Counted from the stretch's first letter, positions 48,101-61,257 are shown. The stretch is 64,000 bases of DNA from Octopus bimaculoides (GCF_001194135.2 NC_068985.1:31778658-31842657); one strand, 5' to 3'. Made by a program: numbers and translations. The notes: a model not told the origin generated them from the sequence alone.

Positions 48101-49145
48101 TATAAATGAGCTAGGTTCATTACAACATAATAAGACAAGCAGAGATGCATATGTGTTGCTAGTAATATCTCACTGTTGTACTTAGAACAGAAGACTTTGT
48201 GTAACCATTTCTAAGAATGTTTTCTTCAGTTTCTATAAAAAATACACAAGAAGTCTCCAAACCTGTAGCCTAAATTAACAATAGATCAGGACACACTGCA
48301 GACTGAGGGAGAAACCAAATTGATCTCAAATTCCACTCCACAGGTAGACAGGAAGGATAGTGGTCATTATCATCATCATCATCGTTTAACGTCCGTTTTC
48401 CATGCCAGCATGGGTTGGACGGTTCGACTGGGGTCTGGGAAGCCAGGAGGCTGCACCAAGCTCCAGTCTGATCTGACAGTGTTTCTACAGCTGGATGCCC
48501 TTCTTAACACCAACCACTCCGTGAGTGTAGTGGGTGCTTTTTATGTGCCACCGGCACAGGGGCCAGAGGTGGCTGGCAATGGCCACGATCGGTTGGTGCT
48601 TTTTACATGCCACTGACACGGAAGCCAGTCCAGGTGGCGCTGGCATTGGCCACATTCAGATGGTGCTTTTTATGTGCCACCAGCACAGGTTTCACAACTA
48701 CAATTTCCATTTGATTTTCATTTTGATGTTGATGTATGGCTAGAATAACTTTGCATAATGATCTCAGAGCTCAAACAACAGACTAATTCTAGGTCTCACT
48801 TTATAACACACATCCTCCTCACATCTGCATTATGAGAAATGTGTCCTCTTCATTTTTGCAACTATAATTGGCATCAAAAGTACTTCTAATTCTGGGTCTC
48901 TTCCCTCTTGGTTATATCTTAAATGATAGCCATAGATTTACAGAAAATGTATTGATGAAATAAACTATTACTTACTAATATATTTTATACCCTTTTCTTT
49001 TCCAGGACAACTGGATACCAACTGGTGTGTAGGGGCAATGTTGGAGAAGAAACTGCTGCCATTTCCATTTACCTTTGCTTTGAGTGGATATGCTAATCAC
49101 ACTAAAGCACAATACCGATTTGGTGTTGGTCTTATTGTAGGTTAA
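39183..49145 (+). CDS. TOMM40: Mitochondrial import receptor subunit TOM40, 7 coding exons, 337 aa
   Basis: Exons: 39183-39375, 43311-43471, 44220-44321, 44436-44541, 45833-45964, 46926-47105, 49006-49145; total 1014 nt, all GT-AG, phases consistent. Translation MGNVNAASQPP..(Pro-rich)..NPGTFEDLHKKCKDVFPQVFEGGKLIISKGLSSHFQISHTLSM..YRFGGTYVG..AYPVLIGDTDASGNMNANIIHQ..DYKG..LGNIDIVNESGIAVAQYLQ..LGAELLYQ..GYQYEIP..FRGQLDTNWCVGAMLEKKLLPFPFTFALSG..HTKAQYRFGVGLIVG*. Confidence 0.97.
41110..41399 (+). mobile_element. RTE 3' tail copy (young) in TOMM40 intron 1
   Basis: Near-identical to 3570-3867, ends in (GAT)n. Confidence 0.8.
45988..46203 (+). mobile_element. piggyBac-type MITE in TOMM40 intron 5
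   Basis: TTAA (45984-45987) |CCCTTTAGCATT ... AATGCTAAAGGG| TTAA (46204-46207): perfect 12-bp TIR with TTAA target duplication. Confidence 0.8.
48365..48690 (-). mobile_element. RTE 3' tail copy in TOMM40 intron 6
   Basis: (CAT)n CGTTTAACGTCCGTTTTCCATGCCAGCATGGGTTGGACGG...CAGCTGGATGCCCTTC. Confidence 0.75.
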
Positions 49146-51315
49146 AGAATTTAGGTTATTATCACCCAACAGGAACGTACAAGCAAAGATACATATATTA
49201 TCAAAACCTTCATTAACTCATCTGTGCATGGTGAGCCATACTGATGTTCTAAGATGTTATCTTGAAGGATGTATGTTGATCTGGGTTTTTATTTAAGCTA
49301 ACCTATGTATAGGTGTTTGAGAATATACATGCATCTCTCTGTATATTTGTATGCTTATGCATATAAAAATATTTGCATACATGTGAGTTCAAATATGATG
49401 TATATCTATAATTGTGTGTGTGTTTGTCTGGATATATAAATTGTATCAGGACAATTAAGTTAAATTCAAACTTATTTTGTATGAAAATGATCCCAGATCA
49501 GAGATACTAAAAAAACCTATAATAGAAAATTTAGCTGAGTCTATGATAAGTAGACAGCGAGGGGAGTAAATTTCAGAAAATATTGTCTTTTGATTTTCAC
49601 CTTAGTATAGCTGAAAAATTTATCTTTATGGAACCTTAGGTTTTTAACAGATCTATAATAAAATATCGGCTTTAAAATTTTGATCATGGCCACTAATTGA
49701 AGTCATTAAGACTAAATCAGCCAACTATCTACAGCAACTTTTCTGTTTTAAGAATTTTATTAACAGCTGACTACTTTACTGTAACTGCTAATTAATATCC
49801 TAGCAGTTTTTGAAGTTGTTGACTTCAGCAAGAGTTATAAAAGTGTCTGTGACCTGATTTTGATCCCTAATTGAAGTCAATTCATTGAAGCCATTAATGC
49901 CTTTTAGAAAGGCTCAAACATTATACAATCTCATTTCCCTTCCCAGTAAGCATTGAGGTCTTATGCTTATGTAAGAGAGCAATATTGTTTCTGTTACACA
50001 ACTTGAAGCAAATGTTAATACATTGTCTCCATGTATTTTTAAAGCAAATTCATTTTTAATAATTATTGTAACAAGATGGAGGGAAGGTAGGATACATTTA
50101 CTTTGATTGGGTTTTGAGAACAATAGAGCTCTCAGCCAGTTAGTATTGGTGACCAGAGACAGTACATTGATTAATTTGAACCTGAAATGTTACTAAATCT
50201 GTTTGCATTCATAAGAGTTAATTTTCAAACACCTAAAATGGTTACTTAATTCAAACCCAATATTTGCTGGATGACTTTCTTTTTACCTTCATTTGTAAAC
50301 TGTTGACTTAGATAAATGTAAATTTCTTTCACTCTTCATCATTTCCCACTTTTTAAAAATCAACACATGTTTTTGTTATAAGAAACTTAATTCCTCTATT
50401 TTGTGCTTTTGACACAATCCCAAAATATTGATGCCATATCTGTGTTCCTTACTACATTCATGTTATACGCATTGCTTGATCACGACATCTCAATACTAAG
50501 GGGTTTGCCCTTTGTGGAAAAATTTGAATCAATAAATATGAACATTTCTAGATATACTAAAAGGTTTGTCGATCTTTAATTAGCAGTCAATGTAAAATAT
50601 TCAATGGGATATAAAAATATGGGGAGGGGGCAGCCTGCTGTTAATATTCTTCAAGCTTAGCTAGTTGTTTGACAAATGTTATGTTCTTTGGATGTCAATA
50701 TATCGAAGGGTCTTAATGTACTTCAACCCATTTCATTTACTTCATATTCAATTCTGGAGTTTGAAAAGTATGTTGATTACAAAGACAGTGAGACTCAAGT
50801 TATTTAAATGAATCAATCTTCGTCTGATTTCGATATTCTTTATATCATGGTTATAGAAGTATTTATTCAAAAGTAGTAAAGTGTCAAAAGCATTTCAAAT
50901 CTGTGTAAAGATAGAAATATTTCTCCCTCTCTCTCTCTGCCTTAATTTCATAATTTTTCTTACTGAATAAACTCTGTTACAAAATAAGCTTGGATTGAGT
51001 AGTAAATCCCAGTATATCCTAGTTTATTTATTTTCTCCGTTCTGCATGCCATTACCTACAAAAAGAAAATTGAATACTGGGATACTAATTTGAAACATCA
51101 AATGTTTTGAAGGGATTGTCTGTTTATAAAATGAATACTTCAGGGAATTTTGAAAAGAAAATCTATGACTATGTTTTAAGATATATAAACGACAAACATT
51201 CTTCTATTTTACAAGCTTATACTTTCATTTGTCTGATAATGCTTTGAATCAATTTTATAGACTGCTGCATCTAAAATATATTGATTTCTTATTGCTTAGC
51301 ACAACATCATAAGAA

Positions 51316-52160
51316 CGGTGACGGAGAACTACACTAGTGGTGTGCAGCTTGACGGAGAAAGCCTGTGCAATCTGAGATACACCAATGACACAACCCTCAT
51401 AAGTAACAGCAAGGACGAATTGCTGCATATGATACACAAAGTGAAAGACATGAGTGCACAGAGTGACCTATTCCTGAATGTAAAGATGACAAAGATCTTG
51501 GTGGTGGATAAGTACAGGACAGACCAAGGTGACTTCACCGTAGACGGAGAGATGATTCGGGAAGTGGATGATTTTGTGTACTTGGGATCCACAATCAGCA
51601 CCAGTGGAACAAGCACACCAGAGATATGGAGAAGGCTCGCGATAGCGAGGCAAGCGGTACAAGATATGGAGAACATCTGGAAGAGTCGTGGCGTGTCAAT
51701 GCTGCTGAAGATAAGGCTACTTCGGGCTGTCACTTTCTCTATTGCAGCGTATGGCTGCAAGTCGTTGACAATGTTGAAGGCAGACGAGAAAAGAGTGAAC
51801 GCTTTTGAAATGTGGTGTTACCGCAGAATCCTTAGTGTCATGGACGGAGAGAAGGACAAACAACTGTGTACTAGAAAAGCTCGGTTGCAAGATGACACTT
51901 CGGCGAAACATCATGAAGTGGAAGCTACGGTTCTTTGGCCACGTCATGCGCTAGGATGGACTTGAGCAAACGATCATAACTGGCAAGGTGAACGGCAGAC
52001 GTAAAAGGGGCAGTCCACCCACTTCTTGGCTGAAAGACATCGCAGCCACAGGATTGTCTTTATTCTCAGCTGTCCTTGGGGTAGAAAACAGGAGAAGGTG
52101 GCAAGATATCATGATGACCACAGCATCGCATAATGTGACACCTGACTAGAGAGAAGAAGC
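51316..52160 (+). mobile_element. 5'-truncated RTE/BovB-clade LINE, RT C-terminal half; a different family from the PHD-RTE
   Basis: ORF 51318-51965: NLRYTND (degenerate YADD), LNVKMTKIL, EVDDFVYLGS, EIWRRLAIAR, KIRLLRAVTFSIAAYGC, NAFEMWCYRRIL. Higher GC than flanks. Confidence 0.88.
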
Positions 52161-52885
52161 ACAACAGAGTTGACAGTTATTGGTTTCCAGGGAGCCAGTT
52201 GTTGCTTTGCTGCATTTTCAATGACATGGGAGTGTCTGTACAACTCAAGCAGAACAAACAACACATTTTGTTTGATGCACCAGCTTATCAGCAATTATCT
52301 CTTACCAATACACAAACTTTTATCCAAAATGCTTGGCATCAGAAATGTTTTGGATAAAATTTTTTTTTTTTTTACTGAATTATTCTACTTATGCATATAT
52401 ATATATATATATATATATAATAGGGAGACTTGGTAATGGAACCTAGCCTTAAGCATGTCCATTTACTTCATTGTACTGCTTATACATGCAGGATGTTTTA
52501 TTAAATAAGCATCACCTTCATGCAAGCCGTGTCTGTTTCCAATCTTTCATGAAAACCTGACTTATTATGAGGAAATATTTCCATACTTGGAAATCAGTGA
52601 GAGTTGGTCACAGGGAGGACAACCAGCTGAAGAATCTGCCTCAACAAATTCTGTCCAACCTATGCGAGCATGTATAAGCGGACAGTAAAACAATAATATA
52701 AATGTAGTGAAAATAATAATTTCATTTATACTGATAGTCACATTACATGCATCCAGGGCATTATAAATATAGGTGATTTCATATAAAAATGTTTTATTTT
52801 TACCCAAGATAAGTATCAGAAACAGTTGAGAAACCTGAAGTAGATACTGCAACACTGAGGTAGTACTCTGTTCAATCACTTTTAA

Positions 52886-53098
52886 CCCTTTAGCGTTCAT
52901 ATTAATCTGCCAAATGCAATGGTTATGCATTCACATTGTTTTGAATTAATCATGCATTATTTCATAGCTTTGGGATTTCAATGGTATGATTGTTTTTTAG
53001 AATTACACTGTAGGGTAGGTGTAAGAGGACAAATCTGGCTAGTTTGAACATAAGACAGAATATTTGGACTGGATATGGTTGGTTTAAATGCTAAAGGG
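52886..53098 (+). mobile_element. piggyBac-type MITE
   Basis: TTAA (52882-52885) |CCCTTTAGCG ... TGCTAAAGGG| TTAA (53099-53102). Homolog of 45988-46203. Confidence 0.8.
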
Positions 53099-56000
53099 TT
53101 AAATGATTATTCGAGTGACAGCTGCATCGTTTACAAGTGTTTTGTTGATTTTGTTTTTATATATATATATTTTGCCATGATTTCTTGTTCTGTAATGTCT
53201 GCCAGCTACTCTAGTCCTTCAATAAGTTCATCTCGCATTTTCACTATGTTATCTATGGGCACCTTTCCCTCTGTTAACCATGTTATCACCATTAAGATTG
53301 CCTTGTTTGGAAAATATTTCAGCTGTTTCACCTTCAGTTATGGAATGAGCAACTGGAGCATTGTTATTAATGAAAACTTCCTTGATATTCACTTCCTCTG
53401 ACTTGCTGATGAATTCTAACTTGATATTTTCCTGTATGTAAGGTCTGACATCTCACTTAATTTGCAGAATTCTCTAAACTCATAGCTTGTAGTTATTGGT
53501 TAGAGGTTGTGCCAGGCATGCACAAGGGTGTCTTAAGCTATTTGATCCCATACATTGGTGACTTCCTTTATGTCATCCTTTAGAATAACTCTTTTTTTGG
53601 AAGCCTTTCACAACTGCCAGTATGCTGTTCAAGAAAATGTTTGCATTGATGTAAGGACACTTTAGTTGCATGGCTGAATTAATGATATCTACATTTTGAA
53701 GAAAAGTACATTACATAAACATTATTTTTGATTAGAAGTTCAGATGGTGGATGAACTGAATATTTGTACAGAAATAAAATCTTACTCTTGACATCCAGTT
53801 TTTGTTCCTTGCAGTGGGCATAATCCACTAGTACAAAACGTTTGTTAAAATGGTATAGTGCCTGGGTAGCTATGCACTTTTGTTAGTGTAATAATCCACT
53901 GGTAATGTATTCATATATCTAAAACTTCAAGAAAGCAGGATTTTTATTATTGCAGCAAATTTACACTTATGGTTACCTGCTGCATTAGCACATTCCAGCA
54001 CAGTAAACCACAGTGAATGTTTTCCGAGAGGAAATAATACCAGAGCATTTTACACTTTTACATTTTCAGTAGTGATCTCCACAAAGCTGCTTTATAACCA
54101 ATAGGTGACTTTAAGCTTTTGAAATTTATTGCTCTTTTACTCTTTAATATTTGTCACTAAACTTGTGAATATTCATAGATGCCTTCAATATATCCAATTT
54201 GTTAGATTTTTGCTTGTTTCATAATCCATTAAACAACATACTTTGAGTTGAGCTCAGAAATGGTAATGCATGCATGCTGTTGCTATGTAGATGCTGGTAA
54301 ACTGGTGCCAGTTTAAATAGGCTAGGCAAGCCCACACTGGAGCAACTGAGATCCTTCCTTATAGCTGACACTTAATGCATCAGCTGTAAGTATGCATACA
54401 CATAATATAGGTTTTGATCAAGACTCACTGAAGTGCTGTGACATTGAACCTGAAGCCATGTGATTGCAAAGCAAATCCAACTGCATAGTTCTAGGTTCAA
54501 ACCCACTTGTAATATGCAAAGGGCCTCAAGAAATGTTATCCCCAATTTGATAGTTAACTTATAACAATACTGAATGCAAGATTTTCTTTCATAAGTTCCA
54601 CTTGAATGCTTCTAAAACATTGCTAATGTTAGAGATGACAAGCAAATTATAAGTAAAAACATTAAATGTTTTGCTAACTGTCAACATACTCTTTGTAACT
54701 GGATATAAATTAGCACTGTTCATAACCAGTGAACAAGATTGTAAAATTTTTGTCAGAGGCTAGTTTCATATCAGAACATTTTTCATCAAAGAGAAAAACA
54801 TGAAAGTTTGAAAAGCGAAATTGATAAAAATGACTTAGTTCATTTTGTAACTTATCCTTACTGAAATGTGTTGAAGTATCCTAAATATGTGGATGTGTAT
54901 AACTGACAGTGCAACATGTTGCTTGCTTACATATACAATATTTGTTGCACAAGCTTTTCAGCTTAACTTGTCCACCTATTTTTGTAATGGCTTGAAATAC
55001 TTAGCACTGGTCAAAGCCATTAGATTTTTTACTGTGAACCACTTGCGTTGATGGATATAAACAGCAAATAAGACAATGGCACTCAACTTCACTTAAACAC
55101 TAGTTAATTTTTTTTTCTACTTGTGATAGATAACTGATTAACACCATACAATTCAACACTGACAATATGCACTGCAGAATTAATTCATGTATCAAGTTCA
55201 GAAGCTGTTTGGAATCCAACAATTTCTTCATACAATATCAAATCTCAGGAGATGTGAGAGCTGTTCACTTTTTGAAATAACCTTTTTATCCACAATTAAT
55301 TTGAAAGAGTTTGTTTGTTTGTGTTTTAATAGTGATGTAATGATAATAAATTCATTCTGAATATTGTTATATAATAAACACTTGCATTTCAAGGACTCTT
55401 AATGACTGGACCCAGCATTGATATCAGGTCCATTTTTATCACACATTGCCTTAATCTTGGCTACAATGTTCATATCCTCTTTAAGTAATGTGTTGTAATA
55501 CCAATAATCAAAAGGGATGCTGAAACATAGGGTGTGCCTATTTTCATGAACTTGCTTTACATGAGCTCCATTGGCCATGGATAGCACACATATTCCTTTC
55601 CCAAAATTTTTGATAACCTTTCCATGCAGAGGCAACTGATATGAAATTGGGATCTCTGTTGAGTAGTTAAGACACCTTTTCATACAGCAGACTACTTTCA
55701 GTCACAAAAGCCTTAGAAGCAAGTTTCTGCTGTTTTACTTTATTTATACCCAAGATATTGACAAAAAACAATGTACTTCTTTTTCAAGATATTTTTGCTA
55801 AACAACTATGTCTATATATCTCTATGTATACACAGATGTGTGTGTGTAGAAGGGAAGGAAAAACGAGATGAATAAATATGTATTGTTCTCTGTCAAGTCA
55901 TGTTGAAAAGGGTGAAAGTCAAATGACCAGAGGGGATGAGATTTCATACATACAAAAACAACGGAGGCGGTTACTGTGTGTAGATTATGTATGCATGCAA

Positions 56001-57022
56001 ATATAAGTAGTTTTAGTTTAAATCATATACACACACGCAGTGTGTATTTGCATGCATATACATGTTTTTTAAAATTTATTTTCAGTATTAGATATTTATA
56101 TATATGTGTATGCATTATGAACCCAGTGAGTGGAGAAACTAGTATATACTAATGTATTATTGCAAAAAATGTATGTGAACATACATGTACACATCTGTGT
56201 GTGTGCATGTGTATATATGTTCTACATTTCTATTTTTAGAATTGTGAGGGCGATTCGGTATATCATTGCTGTGAGTGTGTCCATATTGTGGCTAGAGTTT
56301 TCACCATCCTTAGAGATTTATCTATTACAGATGCTGAATGAACCCTCCCTAATCTAGGAAAGACATTATCAAGCCTTGCCATTTGTGAAGTTTCCAGAGG
56401 AGATCCAATTCTGATGGTGGAAGATTTGGTCTTGGTCATGTATTGAAGATACAGGATTCAAAACTCTGCTTGTGCCTTTTTTCCCCTCTGCCATCTTAAT
56501 CCCAAAGAAATATTTGTCTGAAATATTGGATACTCCACTCCTCACAGCAATTTCACTGTACTATTTCTGTTGCTTTTTCCAAAGAATTCAGGCCTTGCTA
56601 TTGCAGATCCCACCACATCTAAGATATTCTGTTTCATGCTTATATGTAACTTAATGCAAGGAAGTGTTCCCTGATGATCTGCTGTGGCCAAACATCTAAA
56701 TGCACTTGAAACACTTATTGCAGGTCTCCAAACAACCATAATTGTGAACACATGTAGGAACTATATATTTAACTTGTGTAGATGAAATGCAGTTTGGTTT
56801 TGTGCAAGGGAAAAGCACCACCGATGCTATATTTCTGGTAAGGCAGCGGCAGGAGAAATACGAAGATAAACCTCTGTAATTGGCTTCTGTTAACAAGAAG
56901 AAAGCCTTTGACAGGGTCCCCCGATCCCTTATCTGGTGGTCAATGCAGAAACTAGGGATAGATGAGCAGTTGGTGAGAGCTGTACAAGGATGTCAGTAAG
57001 GTAAAGGTTGGCAACAAGTATA

Positions 57023-58080
57023 GGGCTTTCCTATAAGGTGTTATCCACCCCTGATTGGGACTCTTCCGTATGACATGTACGCATGCTCAGTGACTTGCTT
57101 TAACAGTTGCAATCAGCTGAATGCACATTGCCAGTGACATTTGAGATAATTACCCACACTCTGTGGTCAGGATTCTTTTTTTGGTTTGATGTCGGTATCG
57201 AAGGGATTACCAGACACCGGACAATACAGTGAGAGCAGCTTTCACTCACATCGTGGTATTCGATGCTGTGTACGTGTCTGTCGTGGTAAAATATGCCACT
57301 CCTTAACTGTTGCTTTGCTGTCATCCGTAGCACGAGGTAATTACAAAGATCTTTAGATCAGGCAATACTTCACCTAGAGGAGATATAAGCTGCTTATTCC
57401 TGTCTGAAGTATCGTCCGATGAATTTACTGTGTTGACATTCTTCATCGACATAATTTTTATTCCTTTCAGTCAAGTCTGCCTTTCTTCCAGTAACATACT
57501 CTTTTACTCTTACTTGTTTCAGTCATTTGACTGCGGCCATGCTGGAGCACCGCCTTTAGTCGAGAAAATCGACCCCAGGACTTATTCTTTGTAAGCCTAG
57601 TACTTATTCTATCGGTCTCTTTTGCCGAACCGCTAAGTTACGGGGACGTAAACACACCAGCATCGGTTGTCAAGCGATGGTTTTGGAACAAACACAGACA
57701 CACAAACACATATATATATATATATACATATATATGACAGGCTTCTTTCAGTTTCCGTCTACCAAATCCACTCACAAAGCTTTGGTCGGCCCGAGGCTAT
57801 AGTAGAAGACACTTGCCCAAGGTGCCACGCAATGGGACTGAACCCGGAACCATGCGGTTGGTAGGCAAGCTACTTACCACACAGCCACTCCTGTCCATAT
57901 AATCTTAAATATTTCTTTAACTCAGGCACAGTAAGTACTTCGATAGCTGAATCATCAAGCTGCTTTATATCCATGATAAGACGTAAAATAATAACAATGG
58001 CGTGGGTAGCCTCTGGAAGTTTAATTATCTACATGGAGCGCCGCCTAGCCAAGGGAGATAACCTACTTATAGGAAAGCCC
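57023..58080. mobile_element. Non-autonomous DNA transposon with 15-bp TIRs and 4-bp TATA target duplication
   Basis: TIR GGGCTTTCCTATAAG (57023-57037) / CTTATAGGAAAGCCC (58066-58080); TATA at 57019-57022 and 58081-58084. Removing the element and one TATA restores the LINE frame AAC AAG TAT AGT GAA GAA TTC. Confidence 0.8.
57498..57897 (-). mobile_element. tRNA-head SINE (family A, tail type 1) nested inside the DNA transposon
   Basis: Complete young reverse copy, highly similar to 36033-36416. Confidence 0.88.
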
Positions 58081-58689
58081 TATAGTGAAGAATTCAGGGT
58101 ACAAGTAGGGGTTCACCAAGGATCAGTCATCATAGTCCTCTGGGCAATAACAGGAATTCAAGACAGGTAGCCCCTGGGAGCTACTTTATGCTGATGACCT
58201 TGTTATAGCTGAATCACTTCCAGAACTAAAGAAGTTTCAAGTATGGAAGCAAGGTTAAGAATTGAAGGGCTTTAGAGTTAAGCTAGCAAAAACCAAAGTC
58301 TTAGTAAATAGGAAAGCAGACAAATCACAAATCCTCCAGTTCCACCAAAGGGGTTAATTTGATTTTACCCAGAAATCATGTTTTCAAAATTATTTCCCCC
58401 TCCCCACCGAAATTTCCTAATTTTTAACTGTTTTTCTAATTTTGGTTGTTATCCACATGAAAAAATAGAGATTACAAATGTGGAAAATATAATTTGTTTT
58501 TGAAAGTTTAATTTTTCTGAAAGAAATACTGAATGCCCCTTCCTTTGGGGCGAAATGCAAATGTCCTATATGGAAAACATAGGAATGTGAGTAAATTGAG
58601 GAAAGAAATAAGGTGAGGGGACTGTAACTCTGTGTGTGTATGCGTGTGTGTCAAAAGAAGTAATTTTTGCATACCTTTCTTAATTCCAA

Positions 58690-59360
58690 TTAATCAGTGG
58701 AAGTTGTGACTTGTTGACAGCATGCGGTCTCCGTACATTATAATCAGAAATTGAAAGAGAGGAATAAGGCCCAATTCTATGCATGTGTGAAACATGGGAC
58801 AAAAGTGAAAATGACCTGAAAATTTGTATGACATGACCTCGGTTCTGGGGTTCTCAGCATCCCCTTCTCTCCCACCTTCCCCCTCTCTTTGTGCTGGCTT
58901 TTTTCTCTTTCGACTATGGAACATACACCGTATGTAGCATCAGCATCTGTCTCCTACCCGCTATTTGTCTTTCAACTTCTCCTATAGAAATTTGTTTTCT
59001 GTCTCTGTTTCTTTCTGTTGTCTCTGTCTTTTTCTTATTCTGCATTTCTCTCGGTCATTCCATAAAAATTTCTTTCTTTATGCTTTGAAGAGAGCAGAAA
59101 TTGAGCGAAAAGAGGAAATGAAAAGGCAAGAGAGAGAGCAGAAAGTGAAAGATGTATCTATATGAAATGGACATGTGTGCATGTGTGCGAGAAAGAGAGA
59201 TAGAGTGAGTGACGGTGTGTTGTGATGATGAATGTCTTTTAAAGTACACACTCACAGAAAATGTGACGTCGTCGTTGTATAAAATATTTACAATAGTTGA
59301 CTTATGGAAAAGATAATTTTAAATTTTTGTAATGCTAATATGTCAATGAAAGTAAAGTAT
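58690..59360. mobile_element. Fragment related to the Helitron at 62329-63900
   Basis: 59240-59350 (GAAAATGTGA..TTTACAATAGTTGACTTATGGAAAAGAT) resembles 62750-62850. Confidence 0.45.
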
Positions 59361-59498
59361 AATTGGTACCTGAAATAGTACTGAATCTTTTGGTACCCCA
59401 TATGCCCAGGTCGGTTTTGGAATGCATAAGGAACATATGCACACACACATACAAACTCTCTTTTATAGTTATAGATATAGATCTCTTCTTGAATAGTA

Positions 59499-59538
<40 letters not shown>

Positions 59539-60724
59539 TAAAATTTACAGAAAAACAAAAGACGAAGACAGGTATATAAACAACAGGTAGGTGTATTAGT
59601 TTGATGCTTGGGAAAGTGAGAAAGTCTTTTATGTTTCGAGCCTACGCTCTTCCACAAAGGAACACAAGGAAATAAACAGAGAGAATAAAAAAAAAACTGG
59701 AGTTAGAGGTCGATCGTGGCAATATATATATATATATAATACAAAAAATAAATGAGTATATGTATATATACATACATGTATGTACATACCTACATCTACA
59801 TGCATATATAGATGCATATCTGGGTACAGGACGTTGCAAAAAAAACGTGGACAAAATGATAAACAGAGTACAGAAAACACACAGGCCACATAGAGAACAT
59901 TTCTTTCATCAGCTGCCACCATTCTAAAACTAAATGTTTCGAAGAGTTAGAGCAGGACGCATCATTAGAATGGCTCTTCCCACAGACCACAAATTAAATT
60001 TGTACCATGGAGGAATGTAGTGGCGGACAGAAAACGAAACAGTGAAAATAAACAAAAAAGGCTATACAGCCAGACGTGAAAAAATATGTGTATACTGAAC
60101 GCTGTGAAGCAACAAACTGGAAGGAAGCGAGACGAAGAATGTTCGTGTGCGAGCTTGGCGATATATATATATATATANNNNNNNNNNNNNNNNNNNNNNN
60201 NNNNNNNNNNNNNNNNNNNNNNNNNNNNNNNNNNNNNNNNNNNNNNNNNNNNNNNNNNNNNNNNNNNNNNNNNNNNNNNNNNNNNNNNNNNNNNNNNNNN
60301 NNNNNNNNNNNNNNNNNNNNNNNNNNNNNNNNNNNNNNNNNNNNNNNNNNNNNNNNNNNNNNNNNNNNNNNNNNNNNNNNNNNNNNNNNNNNNNNNNNNN
60401 NNNNNNNNNNNNNNNNNNNNNNNNNNNNNNNNNNNNNNNNNNNNNNNNNNNNNNNNNNNNNNNNNNNNNNNNNNNNNNNNNNNNNNNNNNNNNNNNNNNN
60501 NNNNNNNNNNNNNNNNNNNNNNNNNNNNNNNNNNNNNNNNNNNNNNNNNNNNNNNNNNNNNNNNNNNNNNNNNNNNNNNNNNNNNNNNNNNNNNNNNNNN
60601 NNNNNNNNNNNNNNNNNNNNNNNNNNNNNNNNNNNNNNNNNNNNNNNNNNNNNNNNNNNNNNNNNNNNNNNNNNNNNNNNNNNNNNNNNNNNNNNNNNNG
60701 CTACATAATTTTACTTCACTAATT

Positions 60725-61257
60725 CTTTTTAGAAATTGACATTTGGTGCATGAGGGAATTTGATGCTGCTGCGCTCATTTGCCCTTCTTGCTGTGAAGTT
60801 GGTTCATCTGGGACACTTGACAGTAAGAAGTCCAGTTTCATTTTGAAAACACCTATATCCACCCCATGCAGGTCTCTCAGGTCCTTCGGGAGGATATTGA
60901 AGAGCTGTGGTCCCTTAAAGCCCAGGCTGTTGCAATATCTTGTCCTATATCTTGATGGCAAATTTACAGTCCTTGGCAATTCCAGTGGCGCCCTGTTCTA
61001 GTAATTGTGTAACTCTCGATGCCAAAGTTTGGGACATGTCCCTACAGTATCTTGCAGATGTAGATTATGGCATATCTTTCTCACTTATGCTGTAATGAAT
61101 AGAGTCTCAATCTCTTGAGTCTCTCCCAGTAACTTATATGCTGCATATAGGCTATCTTTTTCGTGTATTTTTTGTTGGATTGCCTCAAGTTCTGCAATTA
61201 ATTTGACACTGGTTCTTGACCGTAGCTGGGAGCAATAGTCAAAGTGGCTTAGGACAA
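60725..61257 (-). mobile_element. CR1-like LINE 3' coding fragment
   Basis: Minus-strand peptides LSHFDYCSQL...IAELEAIQ and NSLGFKGPQLFNILPKDLR..FKMKLD.LL..VPDEP resemble the CR1-group ORF2 C-terminus. Confidence 0.65.

Larger units (their letters stand above)
56800..58335 (+). mobile_element. RTE LINE RT fragment split by a nested DNA transposon
   Basis: Left piece GKSTTDAIFLVRQ.QEKY..KAFDRVPRSLIWWSMQKLGI..VKVGNKY (to 57022) continues at 58081 as YSEEFRVQVGVHQGSV..PWELLYADDL..KTKVLV. Confidence 0.82.

Noticed and set aside
59560-60150. Repeat with CTGATGA and GAAAC motifs suggesting a Penelope-type hammerhead ribozyme
   Set aside because: Core motifs are present on the minus strand but stem II could not be closed in canonical register; needs a covariance-model search.
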